A DNA stretch of 64,000 nt. It comes from an uncultured Flavobacteriaceae bacterium. Lineage in GTDB: Bacteria; Bacteroidota; Bacteroidia; Flavobacteriales; Flavobacteriaceae. The DNA lies in assembly GCA_943788095.1 (NCBI GenBank), contig CALSOZ010000005.1, positions 1,851-65,850 of the forward strand, written 5' to 3'. A program made the position numbers and the translations under genes. Positions 40,090-51,178 of this stretch are shown piece by piece (the stretch's first letter is position 1; the number at the start of each line of letters is the position of its first letter). The notes under the pieces are model-generated. The model was not told the origin of the DNA, ran no database searches, and saw only the letters and a list, made by a program, of their open reading frames with translations.

Positions 40090-43080
40090 ATGCAAAATAA
40101 AGGACTCGTAAAATTATTTGCCCTTCTATTTGGTTTGGTAAGTATTTACCAATTATCATTTAGTTTTAAAGCAAACCAAATAGAAGATAATGCAACGCAA
40201 TTTGCTATTGAAAAAATAGCAGATACCGAGACAGACTATGACGCTAAACGTGCGCTTGAACAAAGGAAGTATTTAGATTCGTTGAAAAACGAAGAAGTAT
40301 ATAATATCGGAATTGCAAAATTTAATTTTGATGAAGTCAAGGAAAAAGCCATGAACCTTGGTTTAGACCTTAAAGGTGGAATCAATGTAATTCTTCAAAT
40401 ATCTGTAAAAGATATACTAGTTGGATTGGCAAACGAAAGTAAAGACCCTGTCTTTAGAAAAGCATTAAGTGATGCCGAAGAACTTCAAAAAGACAGTCAG
40501 AACACTTATTTAGAAGACTTTTTTGTAGCGTTTGAAGCAATTGAAGGCGACACTAAATTAGCGTCTCCAGATATTTTTGCGAATCGAACGCTAAGCGAAG
40601 AGATTACATTTGATATGACAAATGATGAGGTGAAGCCTGTGTTATCTACTAAAATTGATGAGTCGATTGTATCGGCATTTGAAGTACTTCGTAAACGGAT
40701 TGATAAATTTGGGGTCACCCAACCAAACATCCAACGTATGGGGGACTCTGGACGTATTCTTGTTGAATTGCCAGGTGCTAGAGAAATTGAACGTGTCAGA
40801 GGATTATTACAAAGTACGGCTCAGTTAGAGTTTTGGTATACTTTTAAAGGTGAAGAATTTGGAACGTTTATATTTCAAGCCAATGAAATTTTAAAAGAAA
40901 TTGTTGATGTTACACCAGCCGAAGAAAAACCCAACGCAACTGAATCTACAGACGATGCGATTTCTGATATTATTGGCGATACCGATGCTGAAACTGGTGA
41001 TGATGGTGAAGTGAATCCGTTAATCGATTTAATACGTGCTCCTGGCTACAACGGAGGGCCTGTCATTGCGTCTTTTGAACAAAAAGATAAGCAACGCGTT
41101 ACAGACTATCTAAACAACCCACGAGTACGTGCGCTACTGTCGGTAGAACAACGTTATGCAAAATTTGTGTGGGGAATCCCAGAAGTACAACAAACTGTAG
41201 GAGAAGATTCCGAAAGTATTGAGCTCGTACAATTATATGCTTTAAAAGGAAATAGAGACAATAAACCACCACTTAGTGGCGCTGTCATTACAGACGCGCG
41301 TCAATCATTCCAACAAAATGGGAGTCCAAGTGTATCCATGCAAATGAACCTACAAGGTGCAAAGGTCTGGGAAGAAATGACGGGTAATGCTTTTAATACA
41401 GCAGGTCAAATTGCGGTTGTATTAGACGAAATTGTCTATTCAGCTCCTGGAGTTACAACGGGGCCGATTTCTGGAGGGAACTCTGAAATATCAGGATCTT
41501 TTACTTTAAATGAAGCGGTCGATTTAGCGAACGTTCTAAGAGCTGGTAAATTACCAGCCTCTGCAGATATTGTACAAGCAGAAGAAGTTGGACCCTCTTT
41601 AGGACAAGAAGCCATTGACAGTGGAATGAAATCATTCTTAATTGCTTTAGCGTTAGTGCTTTTATGGATGGTTTTTTATTATGGAAAAGCAGGTATCTAT
41701 TCAGATATCGCTTTAGTATTAAACATCTTATTAATCTTCGGGATTCTATCGGGATTAGGTGCTGTGTTAACTTTACCTGGTATTGCGGGAATTGTATTAA
41801 CCATCGGAATTGCGGTAGATGCAAACGTTCTTATTTACGAACGGATTCGAGAGGAATTGTTTAAAGGAAAAGGCCAAAAAGAATCTATTAAAGATGGATT
41901 TAATAACGCTTTATCTTCAATTTTAGATGCCAACATTACAACGGGTTTAACTGCTTTGATTTTATATACATTTGGAACAGGACCAATCAAAGGATTTGCA
42001 ACAACTCTTTTAATTGGTATTTTAACCTCTTTATTTACAGCGATTTTTATTTCAAGATTATTGATCGATTGGCATTTGAGCCGAGGTGGAAAATTAGAAT
42101 TCTCTACAGGGATGACCAAAGGTTTATTTCGTTCGATCAACATTGAATTTCTTAAAAAACGTAAAATTGCTTACTTAATTTCGGGATCTATCATCATTGC
42201 AGGACTTGGATCTTTGTTTACCACCGGTCTGGATCAAGGAATTGATTTTGTCGGAGGTCGAACGTACACAGTTCGTTTTGCACAAGACATGAACACTGAA
42301 GAAGTAAAATCAGCATTAAACGACGTTTTTAATAGTGCTGAGGTAAAAACAATCGGGAGTGCGAATCAATTAAAAATATCGACCAAGTATAAAGTTGATG
42401 AAAATTCTGCGGAAGTCGATCAGGAAGTACAACAAAAACTATATGAAGCCTTGATACCATTTTTACCAGATGCAACAACCTATAAGCAGTTTATTGATGC
42501 TGAAAATAATGTTGGTAAAATGTATTCAGGAAAAGTAAGTCCAACCATTGCCGATGATATTAAAAAATCATCTATCTGGGCAATTTTAGGCTCATTGATC
42601 GTTGTCTTTTTATATATTTTATTACGATTCAAAAAATGGCAATTTTCATTAGGTGCCGTCGCAGCAGTATTTCATGATGTCTTAATTGTATTAGGGATCT
42701 TTTCAATTGCTTGGAGATTCTTGCCATTTAGCATGGAAATCGATCAAGCATTTATTGCAGCAATTTTAACCGTGATCGGATATTCATTGAATGATACCGT
42801 GGTGGTCTTTGATAGAATTAGAGAATACTTAAACGAACATACAAGTTGGAAATTTGAAAAAGTGGTCAATAGTGCATTGAGTAGCACGTTGAGTCGTACT
42901 TTAAACACCTCATTAACAACTTTAGTCGTATTATTAGCCATGTTCACCTTTGGTGCAGATTCCTTAAGAGGCTTGTTGTTTGCGCTTATTGTTGGGGTGT
43001 TAGTGGGAACTTACTCATCGTTATTTATTGCAACGCCAATCATGCACGATACATTGAAGCGTTTAGACAAAAAAGAATGA
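40090..43080 (+). CDS. secDF: Fused protein translocase SecDF
   Basis: LGLDLKGG, AVDANVLIYERIREE, GIDFVGG, GYSLNDTVVVFDRIRE. Confidence 0.96.
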   Translation: MQNKGLVKLFALLFGLVSIYQLSFSFKANQIEDNATQFAIEKIADTETDYDAKRALEQRKYLDSLKNEEVYNIGIAKFNFDEVKEKAMNLGLDLKGGINVILQISVKDILVGLANESKDPVFRKALSDAEELQKDSQNTYLEDFFVAFEAIEGDTKLASPDIFANRTLSEEITFDMTNDEVKPVLSTKIDESIVSAFEVLRKRIDKFGVTQPNIQRMGDSGRILVELPGAREIERVRGLLQSTAQLEFWYTFKGEEFGTFIFQANEILKEIVDVTPAEEKPNATESTDDAISDIIGDTDAETGDDGEVNPLIDLIRAPGYNGGPVIASFEQKDKQRVTDYLNNPRVRALLSVEQRYAKFVWGIPEVQQTVGEDSESIELVQLYALKGNRDNKPPLSGAVITDARQSFQQNGSPSVSMQMNLQGAKVWEEMTGNAFNTAGQIAVVLDEIVYSAPGVTTGPISGGNSEISGSFTLNEAVDLANVLRAGKLPASADIVQAEEVGPSLGQEAIDSGMKSFLIALALVLLWMVFYYGKAGIYSDIALVLNILLIFGILSGLGAVLTLPGIAGIVLTIGIAVDANVLIYERIREELFKGKGQKESIKDGFNNALSSILDANITTGLTALILYTFGTGPIKGFATTLLIGILTSLFTAIFISRLLIDWHLSRGGKLEFSTGMTKGLFRSINIEFLKKRKIAYLISGSIIIAGLGSLFTTGLDQGIDFVGGRTYTVRFAQDMNTEEVKSALNDVFNSAEVKTIGSANQLKISTKYKVDENSAEVDQEVQQKLYEALIPFLPDATTYKQFIDAENNVGKMYSGKVSPTIADDIKKSSIWAILGSLIVVFLYILLRFKKWQFSLGAVAAVFHDVLIVLGIFSIAWRFLPFSMEIDQAFIAAILTVIGYSLNDTVVVFDRIREYLNEHTSWKFEKVVNSALSSTLSRTLNTSLTTLVVLLAMFTFGADSLRGLLFALIVGVLVGTYSSLFIATPIMHDTLKRLDKKE

Positions 43081-43103
43081 ATAATAGCTAATTATTAAAT
43101 ATC

Positions 43104-43133
43104 AAAAAAGCCACTCATTGAGCGGCTTTTTTT
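43104..43133 (+). terminator. Terminator after secDF
   Basis: AAAAAAGCCACTCATTGAGCGGCTTTTTTT. Confidence 0.75.
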
Positions 43134-43334
43134 GGTTTAAATTTGAACGTATTAATTTCTATTTGGATACGATTGGATACAGAAGGGATATTTTTGAAAC
43201 TATTTTAGCAACTGGCTTGGGAAGCGGCGTTAAAGACCACAGTATAGAGGAAGAATTATAAAACAACAGATAAGGAAGGTCTTTTAAAATTAGTTCTAAA
43301 AAACCAGCTCAATTCTCTCAAAAAACAAATGAAC

Positions 43335-44174
43335 TTACACTGTTTTAGGTTTATAAACAAATATAAAATACAAGCCACAAAGCACAAAAGGAAGACTCAG
43401 TACTTGTCCCGTATTTAAACCAAAAATCCAATCCTCACGACTGTCTATTTGTGCGATTTTAAATTGTTCTACCACAAGTCTCACCGACATTAAAAGCACT
43501 AAAAACAAACCAAACAGAAATCCCGTTTGCGTGCTTTTTTTCGTTTTCCAGTATAAGAAGAACAGGATCAAAAACACAAACACATAGCCAAAGGCTTCGT
43601 ACAATTGTCCTGGGTGTCTTGGGATAGTGTCCAATTGTTTGAATATGATCGCTAAAGGAAAATCGGCTTCAGCAGGTTTACCGATCATTTCGGAATTAAA
43701 GAAATTGCCGATTCTTATAAATACAGCTCCTAACGCACAAGCAATGACTACGCGATCCAAAATCCAAAGCACTGATTTTTTCAATACTTTTTTATTGTAG
43801 AGCCACATCGAAAAAATCATTCCAATCGCTGCACCATGACTGGCCAAACCCCTAAACCCTGTAAACTCAAACCCACCACTAAAGCGGAAGGGGAGGAAGA
43901 TGCTAAAAAAGTCGTCTTTAAATAATTCAGATTGATAAAAAATGACGTGACCCAAACGCGCTCCAATCATAATTCCTAAAACAGAATACATGAACAGACT
44001 GTCTAATTTGTCTTCAGTTTGTCCTTCGTTTTTATAAATCTTTTTCGTCAGATACCAACCTGTGATAAACGCAGCCATCCACATGAGACTGTAATAGTGA
44101 ATTTTAAAATCCCCAAAAAGGGCGATGCTATCAGAAGCAGGATCCCATACGATTTGTAGCAAATACATAGTCAT
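43335..44174 (-). CDS. lgt: Prolipoprotein diacylglyceryl transferase
   Basis: GARLGH, GLASHG, RIGNFFNSE, HPGQLYE, GQVLS. Confidence 0.95.
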   Translation of the reverse strand: MTMYLLQIVWDPASDSIALFGDFKIHYYSLMWMAAFITGWYLTKKIYKNEGQTEDKLDSLFMYSVLGIMIGARLGHVIFYQSELFKDDFFSIFLPFRFSGGFEFTGFRGLASHGAAIGMIFSMWLYNKKVLKKSVLWILDRVVIACALGAVFIRIGNFFNSEMIGKPAEADFPLAIIFKQLDTIPRHPGQLYEAFGYVFVFLILFFLYWKTKKSTQTGFLFGLFLVLLMSVRLVVEQFKIAQIDSREDWIFGLNTGQVLSLPFVLCGLYFIFVYKPKTV

Positions 44175-44243
44175 TTGTTTAGGATGTAAATATAGAAAAT
44201 TGATGTGAAACTTAGGCCATCCAAATTTTATTAACTGTGATCG

Positions 44244-44471
44244 TTAATTCTTTGGGACTGGATCCTGTCCAGAACCTCCCCAAGGATGACAGCGTAAAAT
44301 ACGTTTAAGACTCAGATAGCTCCCCTTTAGAAGGCCATGGGATTGTAAGGCATCTTTAGCGTAATGAGAACAGGTCGGTTGAAATCGACAAGTCGAAGGC
44401 GTTAATGGTGAAATGAGATTTTGATAGATCTTGATAATAAACAAAAAAGGCGCAATCAAAATAGATTTCAT
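44244..44471 (-). CDS. yidD: Membrane protein insertion efficiency factor
   Basis: [22 protein letters not shown]. Confidence 0.93.
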   Translation of the reverse strand: MKSILIAPFLFIIKIYQNLISPLTPSTCRFQPTCSHYAKDALQSHGLLKGSYLSLKRILRCHPWGGSGQDPVPKN

Positions 44472-44476
44472 GGCTA

Positions 44477-45958
44477 TTAATCTAATAAAAAGGTGGTGCC
44501 GTCCTTGCCGTCTTTCAACTGAATTCCAATGGCTAGTAATTCATCTCTTATTGAATCAGACAGCGCAAAGTTTTTTTGAGATCTTGCTTCGTTTCGCATT
44601 CTGATGAGTAATTCTACAGCCTCTCCCAGTTTTTGATCTTGATTGTTTGAAGTCACATTTTTAAGCCCTAAAATATCAAATACAAACTGATGCATTACTT
44701 CGGTTAAGGCTTCTAAATCTGAAGCGTTAATGTGTGCTTTTCCATCCTTAATTTGGTTGATATACTTAACAGCGCTAAACAATTCTGCAATTAGAATAGG
44801 TGTGTTAAAATCATCATTCATGGCCGTATAACAATTGGATTTCCAAGTTGCGATATCAAAGTCGTTAGCATCTGAAGTAGCCTCAATTTTATCTAAGGTA
44901 GCAATCGCTTCCATAAGTTTTAGAAATCCTTTTTCTGAGGCTAATAGGGCGTCATTGCTAAAATCTAAGATGCTACGGTAGTGCGCTTGCATCATGAAAA
45001 ACCGTACCACCGAAGGCGAAAAACCTTTGGTCAATTGGTTTGTATTACCGCTTAAAATCTCAGCAGGTAAAATATTATTCCCAGTCGATTTTGCCATTTT
45101 TTGGCCATTGAGCGTCAGCATGTTGGCATGCATCCAGTAATTTACAGGCGTATGATTGTGCCAAGCTTTCGCTTGAGCAATTTCACACTCGTGATGTGGA
45201 AATTTCAGATCCATCCCACCACCATGAATATCAAAATGTTCACCTAGATATTTCGTGCTCATGGCCGTACATTCTAAGTGCCAACCAGGAAACCCATCGC
45301 TCCATGGCGAAGGCCAGCGCATAATGTGTTCTGGTTCTGCTTTTTTCCAAAGTGCAAAATCTTGAGGATTTTTTTTATCGGTTTGACCGTCTAAAACGCG
45401 AGTGTTATGTATGAGATCTTCAATTTTTCGACCACTTAAAATTCCATAATTATGGGATTCATTATATTTTAAAACATCAAAATAAATAGAACCATTGGCT
45501 TCATAAGCAAAGCCTTTTTCTAAAATGGATTTGATGATTTCTATTTGTTCAACAATATGACCGGTTGCAGTCGGTTCAATGCTTGGAGGTAAAAAATTAA
45601 AGGTATTTAATATGGTGTGAAAATCAACGGTATAGCGTTGCACGACTTCCATCGGTTCAATTTGCTCGATTCGAGCTTTTTTTGCAATGCGATCTTCGCC
45701 TTGATCAGCATCGTTTTCTAAGTGTCCAGCATCGGTGATGTTACGAACATAACGCACTTTATAATCCAGGTGTTTAAAATATCTAAAAATCATATCAAAG
45801 GACATGAATGTACGGACATTTCCAAGGTGGACATTGCTGTAAACGGTTGGGCCGCAAACATACATCCCAATCGAACCTTCATTAATAGGCTTAAAAATTT
45901 CTTTTTTACCAGATAAAGTGTTGTAAATATGAAGGGTGTTTGTAGCGTGTTTGCCCAT
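44477..45958 (-). CDS. cysS: Cysteine--tRNA ligase
   Basis: [23 protein letters not shown]. Confidence 0.97.
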   Translation of the reverse strand: MGKHATNTLHIYNTLSGKKEIFKPINEGSIGMYVCGPTVYSNVHLGNVRTFMSFDMIFRYFKHLDYKVRYVRNITDAGHLENDADQGEDRIAKKARIEQIEPMEVVQRYTVDFHTILNTFNFLPPSIEPTATGHIVEQIEIIKSILEKGFAYEANGSIYFDVLKYNESHNYGILSGRKIEDLIHNTRVLDGQTDKKNPQDFALWKKAEPEHIMRWPSPWSDGFPGWHLECTAMSTKYLGEHFDIHGGGMDLKFPHHECEIAQAKAWHNHTPVNYWMHANMLTLNGQKMAKSTGNNILPAEILSGNTNQLTKGFSPSVVRFFMMQAHYRSILDFSNDALLASEKGFLKLMEAIATLDKIEATSDANDFDIATWKSNCYTAMNDDFNTPILIAELFSAVKYINQIKDGKAHINASDLEALTEVMHQFVFDILGLKNVTSNNQDQKLGEAVELLIRMRNEARSQKNFALSDSIRDELLAIGIQLKDGKDGTTFLLD

Positions 45959-45969
45959 GAGTTAGAGGA

Positions 45970-46647
45970 TTAAAATTTAGTCTCTAATTGTATGTAGTTC
46001 AAGAATTCTCTTTTGGTTTCTTTGTCTTTAAATTTACCACCAAATTCACTTGTAACGGTACTACTTTCGATATCTCTGATTCCTCTCGAATTGACACATA
46101 AATGCTTGGCATCTATAACACAAGCGACATCCTTTGTGTTTAAGACGTTCTGAAGTTCTTTAACAATTTGAATGGTCAGGCGTTCTTGAACTTGAGGTCG
46201 TTTAGAAAAATGATCCACAATTCGGTTCATTTTTGAAAGTCCTACGACTGTTCCATTAGAGATGTATGCAACGTGGGCTTTTCCAACAATCGGCAGGAAA
46301 TGGTGCTCACATGTCGAGTAGAGGGTGATGTTTTTTTCCACCAACATTTCGCCGTACTGATATTTGTTTTCAAAAGTGGATGCTTTTGGTTTTTTTGCCG
46401 GATCTAAGCCACCAAAAATTTCATTGACAAACATTTTTGCAACTCTGTTGGGAGTTCCTTTTAGGCTATCGTCACTCAAGTCTAAGCCTAAGGTTTCCAT
46501 GATATGGCGGACATCATCTTTAATGATGTCTATTTTTTCGTCAGTATTCAACTTAAAGGCATCGGATCGCATCGGAGTTTCAGAAGAGGTTCCGATGTGA
46601 TTGTCACCAATGGTGTCAAACTTTTCATTATTGTTTTTTAGTCCCAT
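45970..46647 (-). CDS. folE: GTP cyclohydrolase I
   Basis: TPNRVAKM, CEHHFLP, GLSK, QVQERLT, HLC. Confidence 0.96.
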   Translation of the reverse strand: MGLKNNNEKFDTIGDNHIGTSSETPMRSDAFKLNTDEKIDIIKDDVRHIMETLGLDLSDDSLKGTPNRVAKMFVNEIFGGLDPAKKPKASTFENKYQYGEMLVEKNITLYSTCEHHFLPIVGKAHVAYISNGTVVGLSKMNRIVDHFSKRPQVQERLTIQIVKELQNVLNTKDVACVIDAKHLCVNSRGIRDIESSTVTSEFGGKFKDKETKREFLNYIQLETKF

Positions 46648-46717
46648 TCGAAATTTGGAATAAAGTTTTTCAATGTTTTATGAGTACAAAGATAATTAAA
46701 TTCAGTGTTAGACACTT

Positions 46718-46783
46718 TTAATTTTTGATTAATAATTTCTTTTTCTTAAATAGAATGTCATCTTAAATGTCTATCAAGTAGAT
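46718..46783 (-). pseudogene. Possible relic of a T9SS-CTD C-terminus
   Basis: Translates IYLIDI*DDILFKKKKLLIKN* with one internal stop. Confidence 0.35.
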
Positions 46784-46805
46784 TTGAAACTGGAGTATTT
46801 AAAAT

Positions 46806-46839
46806 AAAACAACCCATCGCTTTGCGATGGGTTGTTTTT
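46806..46839. terminator. Terminator after the FadL-like gene
   Basis: AAAACAACCCATCGC-TTT-GCGATGGGTTGTTTT. Confidence 0.85.
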
Positions 46840-46856
46840 GATATATAGATGATTTC

Positions 46857-48368
46857 TTACAAATTCATACTTAATGTAATGGAAACATGGGTGTTTGTGG
46901 CGTTTATTTTAGCAGCGCCTAATGTGCCAGCATTAAACAATTGGTAATCAGTTTCTCGTTTAGAGTTTTCATACGCAAGGTCTATCCTAGAGTTTCCAAA
47001 ATTGTATCCTAAACCAAGAGAAAATCCTTTTAAATCGCCATAAACAGAAGTGTCTGAATACGGACTCTGTTCAATTTTATAGCCCCCTCGAAAGCTGTAT
47101 TTCTGATGCCTTAATTCGCCACCAATTCTAAATGTGTCGGCTGCTTTTAGAGCATTACTAATCAATGTGTTTTGCTGTGAAAATGCAATCTCGCTTTCTG
47201 GTTTTAGTTTGGTTTTACTATAATCTTTCCTAGAATAATCAATGCTAATGAGTCCCGTTTCTCCAATAATATAGGCAGCACTCCCCGTAATTTTGGCGGG
47301 TGTTTGAATTTTATAATCCTGAAATAAATTTATAACATCAGGATTAACCACTGTGCGAGTGTTGTCAGTGTCGTTTTCAGTAGAAATAAACTGTGTAGTT
47401 TCATCTCTTAGCGTAATCCAGGTTGGACTATCATAGGTGAGGCCAACTCTAAAAGCATCACTCAGTTTAATAATGGTTCCTAGTTGTAGTGAAAATCCCT
47501 CTCCAGTTGTGAGGAGGGTGTTTTCAAAATCAACTTGATTTACGGTAGAACCTATATTGGTATTTTCCTCATTCAGGTATGTAATTCGTTCATAATCAAT
47601 AAAATGAGAATTTAAAGTCATTCCAAAATAAATATTTTTGTCATACTGAAATCCAGCATTCACAGAAAATTTACCATTATAGCCGGTGGAGCTGTAATAG
47701 TATTCCTGATCGAAATTACCAGGAGCAATGTTGGAGGTGTAAGCTGAGTTGTCGTCATTTTCAGATTCGGGTTCTAAAATATAACTTTCATATCCTAAAT
47801 AAGCTTGCTGAAATCGGGAACCGTAGTCGTACCCAATATTACTATATGCATCAGAAATAGACTCACCAGTTAATGCCGAAATTTCATCAAGTCTAAGCCC
47901 GTTGGCATAGTCGGTAAAATAACTCCCTATAGAATTAGAAGACACGCCCGCCGCTAAAAAATTGTCATCATAATTGTCGAGTTGCTCATAAAAAATACTT
48001 AGCACAAATTTATTCCATAAGGAAGCGTCATTTTTATTTTTAAAAACAAATGCGGCTCCAATTTGATTCAAATCAAAATTATCTTTATTTTCTTTGGTAC
48101 TACTGCCGCTATAGCCAACGACATTAGAAATACTCCTATTCGATAAGGACAATGAACCATGACTGAGATTAAAAAGTGCGGATCCAGCTGGGTTAACACT
48201 AACTGCAGACATGTCACCGCCGAGGGCGCCAAAGGCACCACTCATGGCTTTAAAACGCGCAGTTCCTTGTGTGTTTTCAGTTGAATAGCGCAACGCATCC
48301 GAAATGTTTTGACCATAGGAAGCTGTGAGGGAAATAATCCCTAGGAGTGCTAAAATTATTTTTTTCAT
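46857..48368 (-). CDS. OmpP1/FadL family outer-membrane protein
   Basis: GTARFKAMSGAFGALGGD, NPAG, beta-strand C-terminus. Confidence 0.85.
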   Translation of the reverse strand: MKKIILALLGIISLTASYGQNISDALRYSTENTQGTARFKAMSGAFGALGGDMSAVSVNPAGSALFNLSHGSLSLSNRSISNVVGYSGSSTKENKDNFDLNQIGAAFVFKNKNDASLWNKFVLSIFYEQLDNYDDNFLAAGVSSNSIGSYFTDYANGLRLDEISALTGESISDAYSNIGYDYGSRFQQAYLGYESYILEPESENDDNSAYTSNIAPGNFDQEYYYSSTGYNGKFSVNAGFQYDKNIYFGMTLNSHFIDYERITYLNEENTNIGSTVNQVDFENTLLTTGEGFSLQLGTIIKLSDAFRVGLTYDSPTWITLRDETTQFISTENDTDNTRTVVNPDVINLFQDYKIQTPAKITGSAAYIIGETGLISIDYSRKDYSKTKLKPESEIAFSQQNTLISNALKAADTFRIGGELRHQKYSFRGGYKIEQSPYSDTSVYGDLKGFSLGLGYNFGNSRIDLAYENSKRETDYQLFNAGTLGAAKINATNTHVSITLSMNL

Positions 48369-48392
48369 TGTATTTTTTTTAAAGTAATTCTA

Positions 48393-49355
48393 CTAATTTC
48401 GTCGTCGACTGCTTGAACTTCTGGAGCTACTTCTTGAGGGCGCGCTAGACCTTCTAGTGGTAGGACTTGAACTTCTGCTTCGAGTTGTGGTTGTTCTTGG
48501 TCTCGAAGTGGTAGTGCTTCTTTGTCGTGTGGTTGTTGTCGATCTAGTCGTTGTATTCGATTGTGTTGGACGCGTTGTACGTGTTCTTGTTTTGGAAGTG
48601 GTCGATTGCGTTGGACGACTTGAGCGAACGGCAGATCGTGTTCGAGTCTCTGTAGTCGATTTTGTTGGGCGACTTGAGCGAACGGCAGATCGTGTTCGAG
48701 CAGTTGTACTCAAAGCACTTCGGCTGCTCAAGCTGTTATTTCTTGAACCATTATACGTTCTGCGTCCATTTATGTAGGCCACTGATCGACCTCTATAATT
48801 GTTGTAGCCATAGTTGTTGTATCCGAAGCCGTAACCATAGTTATTGTAACCGAAATTATTATATCCAAACCCGATGAACGGATTACACCAGGGGTTATAC
48901 CTGGAGTATCCCCAGCTATTCCATCCTATAGACCACCCATTGTTCCAGCCCCAAAAGTTGTTATAAGGGTGTCCCCATCCATAACCATAAAAAGGAGTAT
49001 TGTCATAAATATTGATGGTAACATCACTGTCATTGTTTTGTCCCCAACCTGCGTAATTAGTTGAGTTTGTGGAATCCTCTTGATAATCTCCTTGATAGGC
49101 ATCAACATCTGTAAAAACAGCGTTATCTTCTTCTAGTTGGAGCGATTTTTCTTTAAAATAATTTTTATAATATTCAGAGGAATTAGAGGTGTTGTCAGCA
49201 GCGTCTTTAGTTCGTACTACAGGTTCAGAATCAGCATAAATTCCATCTTCATAGGTTCCTGCATACTGGAAAGATCCACAAGAAGTAAAACTTAAAAGAA
49301 GTCCAACCATAAATGAAAGCGCCCATTGTTTCTTTAAGTAATTAATAAATTTCAT
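48393..49355 (-). CDS. Low-complexity hypothetical lipoprotein (Y/G/N/W-rich middle, R/S/T-rich tail)
   Basis: Lipobox FTS-C, YEDGIY, composition bias. Confidence 0.8.
   Translation of the reverse strand: MKFINYLKKQWALSFMVGLLLSFTSCGSFQYAGTYEDGIYADSEPVVRTKDAADNTSNSSEYYKNYFKEKSLQLEEDNAVFTDVDAYQGDYQEDSTNSTNYAGWGQNNDSDVTINIYDNTPFYGYGWGHPYNNFWGWNNGWSIGWNSWGYSRYNPWCNPFIGFGYNNFGYNNYGYGFGYNNYGYNNYRGRSVAYINGRRTYNGSRNNSLSSRSALSTTARTRSAVRSSRPTKSTTETRTRSAVRSSRPTQSTTSKTRTRTTRPTQSNTTTRSTTTTRQRSTTTSRPRTTTTRSRSSSPTTRRSSAPSRSSSRSSSSRRRN
48601..48700. repeat. 54-bp-period in-frame internal duplication (RTRSAVRSSRPT x2)
   Basis: CGACTTGAGCGAACGGCAGATCGTGTTCGAG at 48616 and 48670. Confidence 0.85.
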
Positions 49356-49384
49356 AAGAGTTTAAATTAAATTGTTGAACGTCA

Positions 49385-49402
49385 CAAAAATACTTAGTTT
49401 TG
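49385..49402. promoter_or_regulatory. Back-to-back -7 elements: TATTTTTG (-, 49385-49392) and TAGTTTTG (+, 49395-49402)
   Basis: Two exact TAnnTTTG matches in the divergent gap. Confidence 0.65.
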
Positions 49403-49456
49403 TCAAACTAATTATATATAGCACTAACTACAATAGTTGTGCCAAATTACGACAAT

Positions 49457-50935
49457 ATGAGTAAAAACCTAACATCAAGATCTGAAGATTATTCAAAATG
49501 GTACAACGAACTTGTTGTTAAAGCTGATTTAGCGGAAAATTCGGCTGTGAGAGGCTGTATGGTGATTAAGCCTTATGGCTATGCAATTTGGGAAAAAATG
49601 CAAGCAGAGTTAGATCGCATGTTTAAAGAGACAGGCCATCAAAACGCTTATTTCCCACTGTTTGTACCAAAAAGTTTGTTTGAAGCTGAAGAAAAAAACG
49701 CCGAAGGTTTTGCAAAAGAATGTGCGGTTGTAACGCATTATCGCTTACAAAATGACCCCGATAATCCTGGAAAACTTCGAGTGGATCCTGAAGCAAAACT
49801 AGAAGAAGAGTTGGTTGTCAGACCAACGAGTGAAGCGATTATATGGAATACGTTTAAAGGATGGGTGCAGTCTTACCGAGATTTACCGCTTTTAATTAAC
49901 CAGTGGGCCAATGTGGTGCGCTGGGAAATGCGAACGCGTTTATTTTTAAGAACGGCAGAGTTTTTATGGCAAGAAGGACATACGGCACATGCTACCAAAA
50001 GTGAAGCCATCGCTGAAGCTAAACTCATGAATAATATTTATGCTGATTTTGCTGAAAATTTCATGGCAATCCCTGTTATTCAAGGGGTTAAAACAGAAAG
50101 CGAACGTTTTGCTGGTGCCGAAGAGACGTATTGTATTGAAGCCTTAATGCAAGACGGAAAAGCCTTGCAAGCAGGCACGTCTCACTTTTTAGGACAAAAT
50201 TTCGCCAAAGCATTTGATGTTAAATTCGCTAACAGTGAAGGAAAACAAGACTATGTTTGGGCCACCTCTTGGGGCGTCTCAACCCGATTGATGGGCGCAT
50301 TAATTATGACCCATAGCGATGACAAAGGCTTAGTATTGCCTCCAAATTTAGCACCCTATCAAGTCGTTATTGTTCCAATTTATAGAAATGATGAGCAATT
50401 GGCTGAAATCACAACCCAAGCCGAGGCAATTATGAAATCCCTGAGAGCTCAACATATTTCAGTAAAATATGACCATAGAACCACTCAACGTCCTGGAGCT
50501 AAATTTGCACAGCACGAATTACAAGGCGTGCCTTTAAGATTGGCTATTGGGCCAAAAGATCTTGAAAGTGGCACTGTGGAGTTGGCGCGAAGAGATACGT
50601 TGACAAAACAGGTGGTTGCTTTAGAAAACCTAACAAATACTGTAACGGATTTAATCACCGAGATTCAAAGCAGTTTATTTCAAAAGGCAGTTGATTTTAG
50701 AGCAAATCACATCACAAAAGTGGAAACATTTGAAGACTTTAAGACTGTTTTAGAAACCAAAACAGGATTTATATTAGCGCATTGGGACGGAAGTTCTGAG
50801 ACGGAAGATAAAATTAAAACCATCACCAAAGCGACAATCCGTTGTATTCCAATAGATTCGGAGCTTGAAACTGGTGTTTGCGTGTTTTCAGGAAAACCGT
50901 CTAAACAACGTGTTTTATTTGCTAAAGCCTATTAA
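49457..50935 (+). CDS. proS: Proline--tRNA ligase (short archaeal/eukaryote-like type)
   Basis: [27 protein letters not shown]-terminal KAY. Confidence 0.96.
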   Translation: MSKNLTSRSEDYSKWYNELVVKADLAENSAVRGCMVIKPYGYAIWEKMQAELDRMFKETGHQNAYFPLFVPKSLFEAEEKNAEGFAKECAVVTHYRLQNDPDNPGKLRVDPEAKLEEELVVRPTSEAIIWNTFKGWVQSYRDLPLLINQWANVVRWEMRTRLFLRTAEFLWQEGHTAHATKSEAIAEAKLMNNIYADFAENFMAIPVIQGVKTESERFAGAEETYCIEALMQDGKALQAGTSHFLGQNFAKAFDVKFANSEGKQDYVWATSWGVSTRLMGALIMTHSDDKGLVLPPNLAPYQVVIVPIYRNDEQLAEITTQAEAIMKSLRAQHISVKYDHRTTQRPGAKFAQHELQGVPLRLAIGPKDLESGTVELARRDTLTKQVVALENLTNTVTDLITEIQSSLFQKAVDFRANHITKVETFEDFKTVLETKTGFILAHWDGSSETEDKIKTITKATIRCIPIDSELETGVCVFSGKPSKQRVLFAKAY

Positions 50936-51075
50936 ATTTAACTTTTTTCAAAAAAAGTTAGTAAGAAGTTGTAACATTTAAAAATAGTTGTATTTTTGCA
51001 ACCGCATTAGAAATAATGTGTGCTATTTGAAATAAAATCAGATTCATCACTATTGTGGTTTTGATTAAAAAAAAT

Positions 51076-51147
51076 GGCCCGTTCGTCTATCGGCTAGGAC
51101 GCATGGTTTTCATCCATGTAAGAGGGGTTCGATTCCCCTACGGGCTA
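51076..51147 (+). tRNA. tRNA-Glu (TTC)
   Basis: GGCCCGT/ACGGGCT acceptor stem, CATGG-TTTTCAT-CCATG anticodon arm, GGTTCGATTCC. Confidence 0.95.
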
Positions 51148-51178
51148 CAATTATTTAATAATAATAAAATTAAGAATT

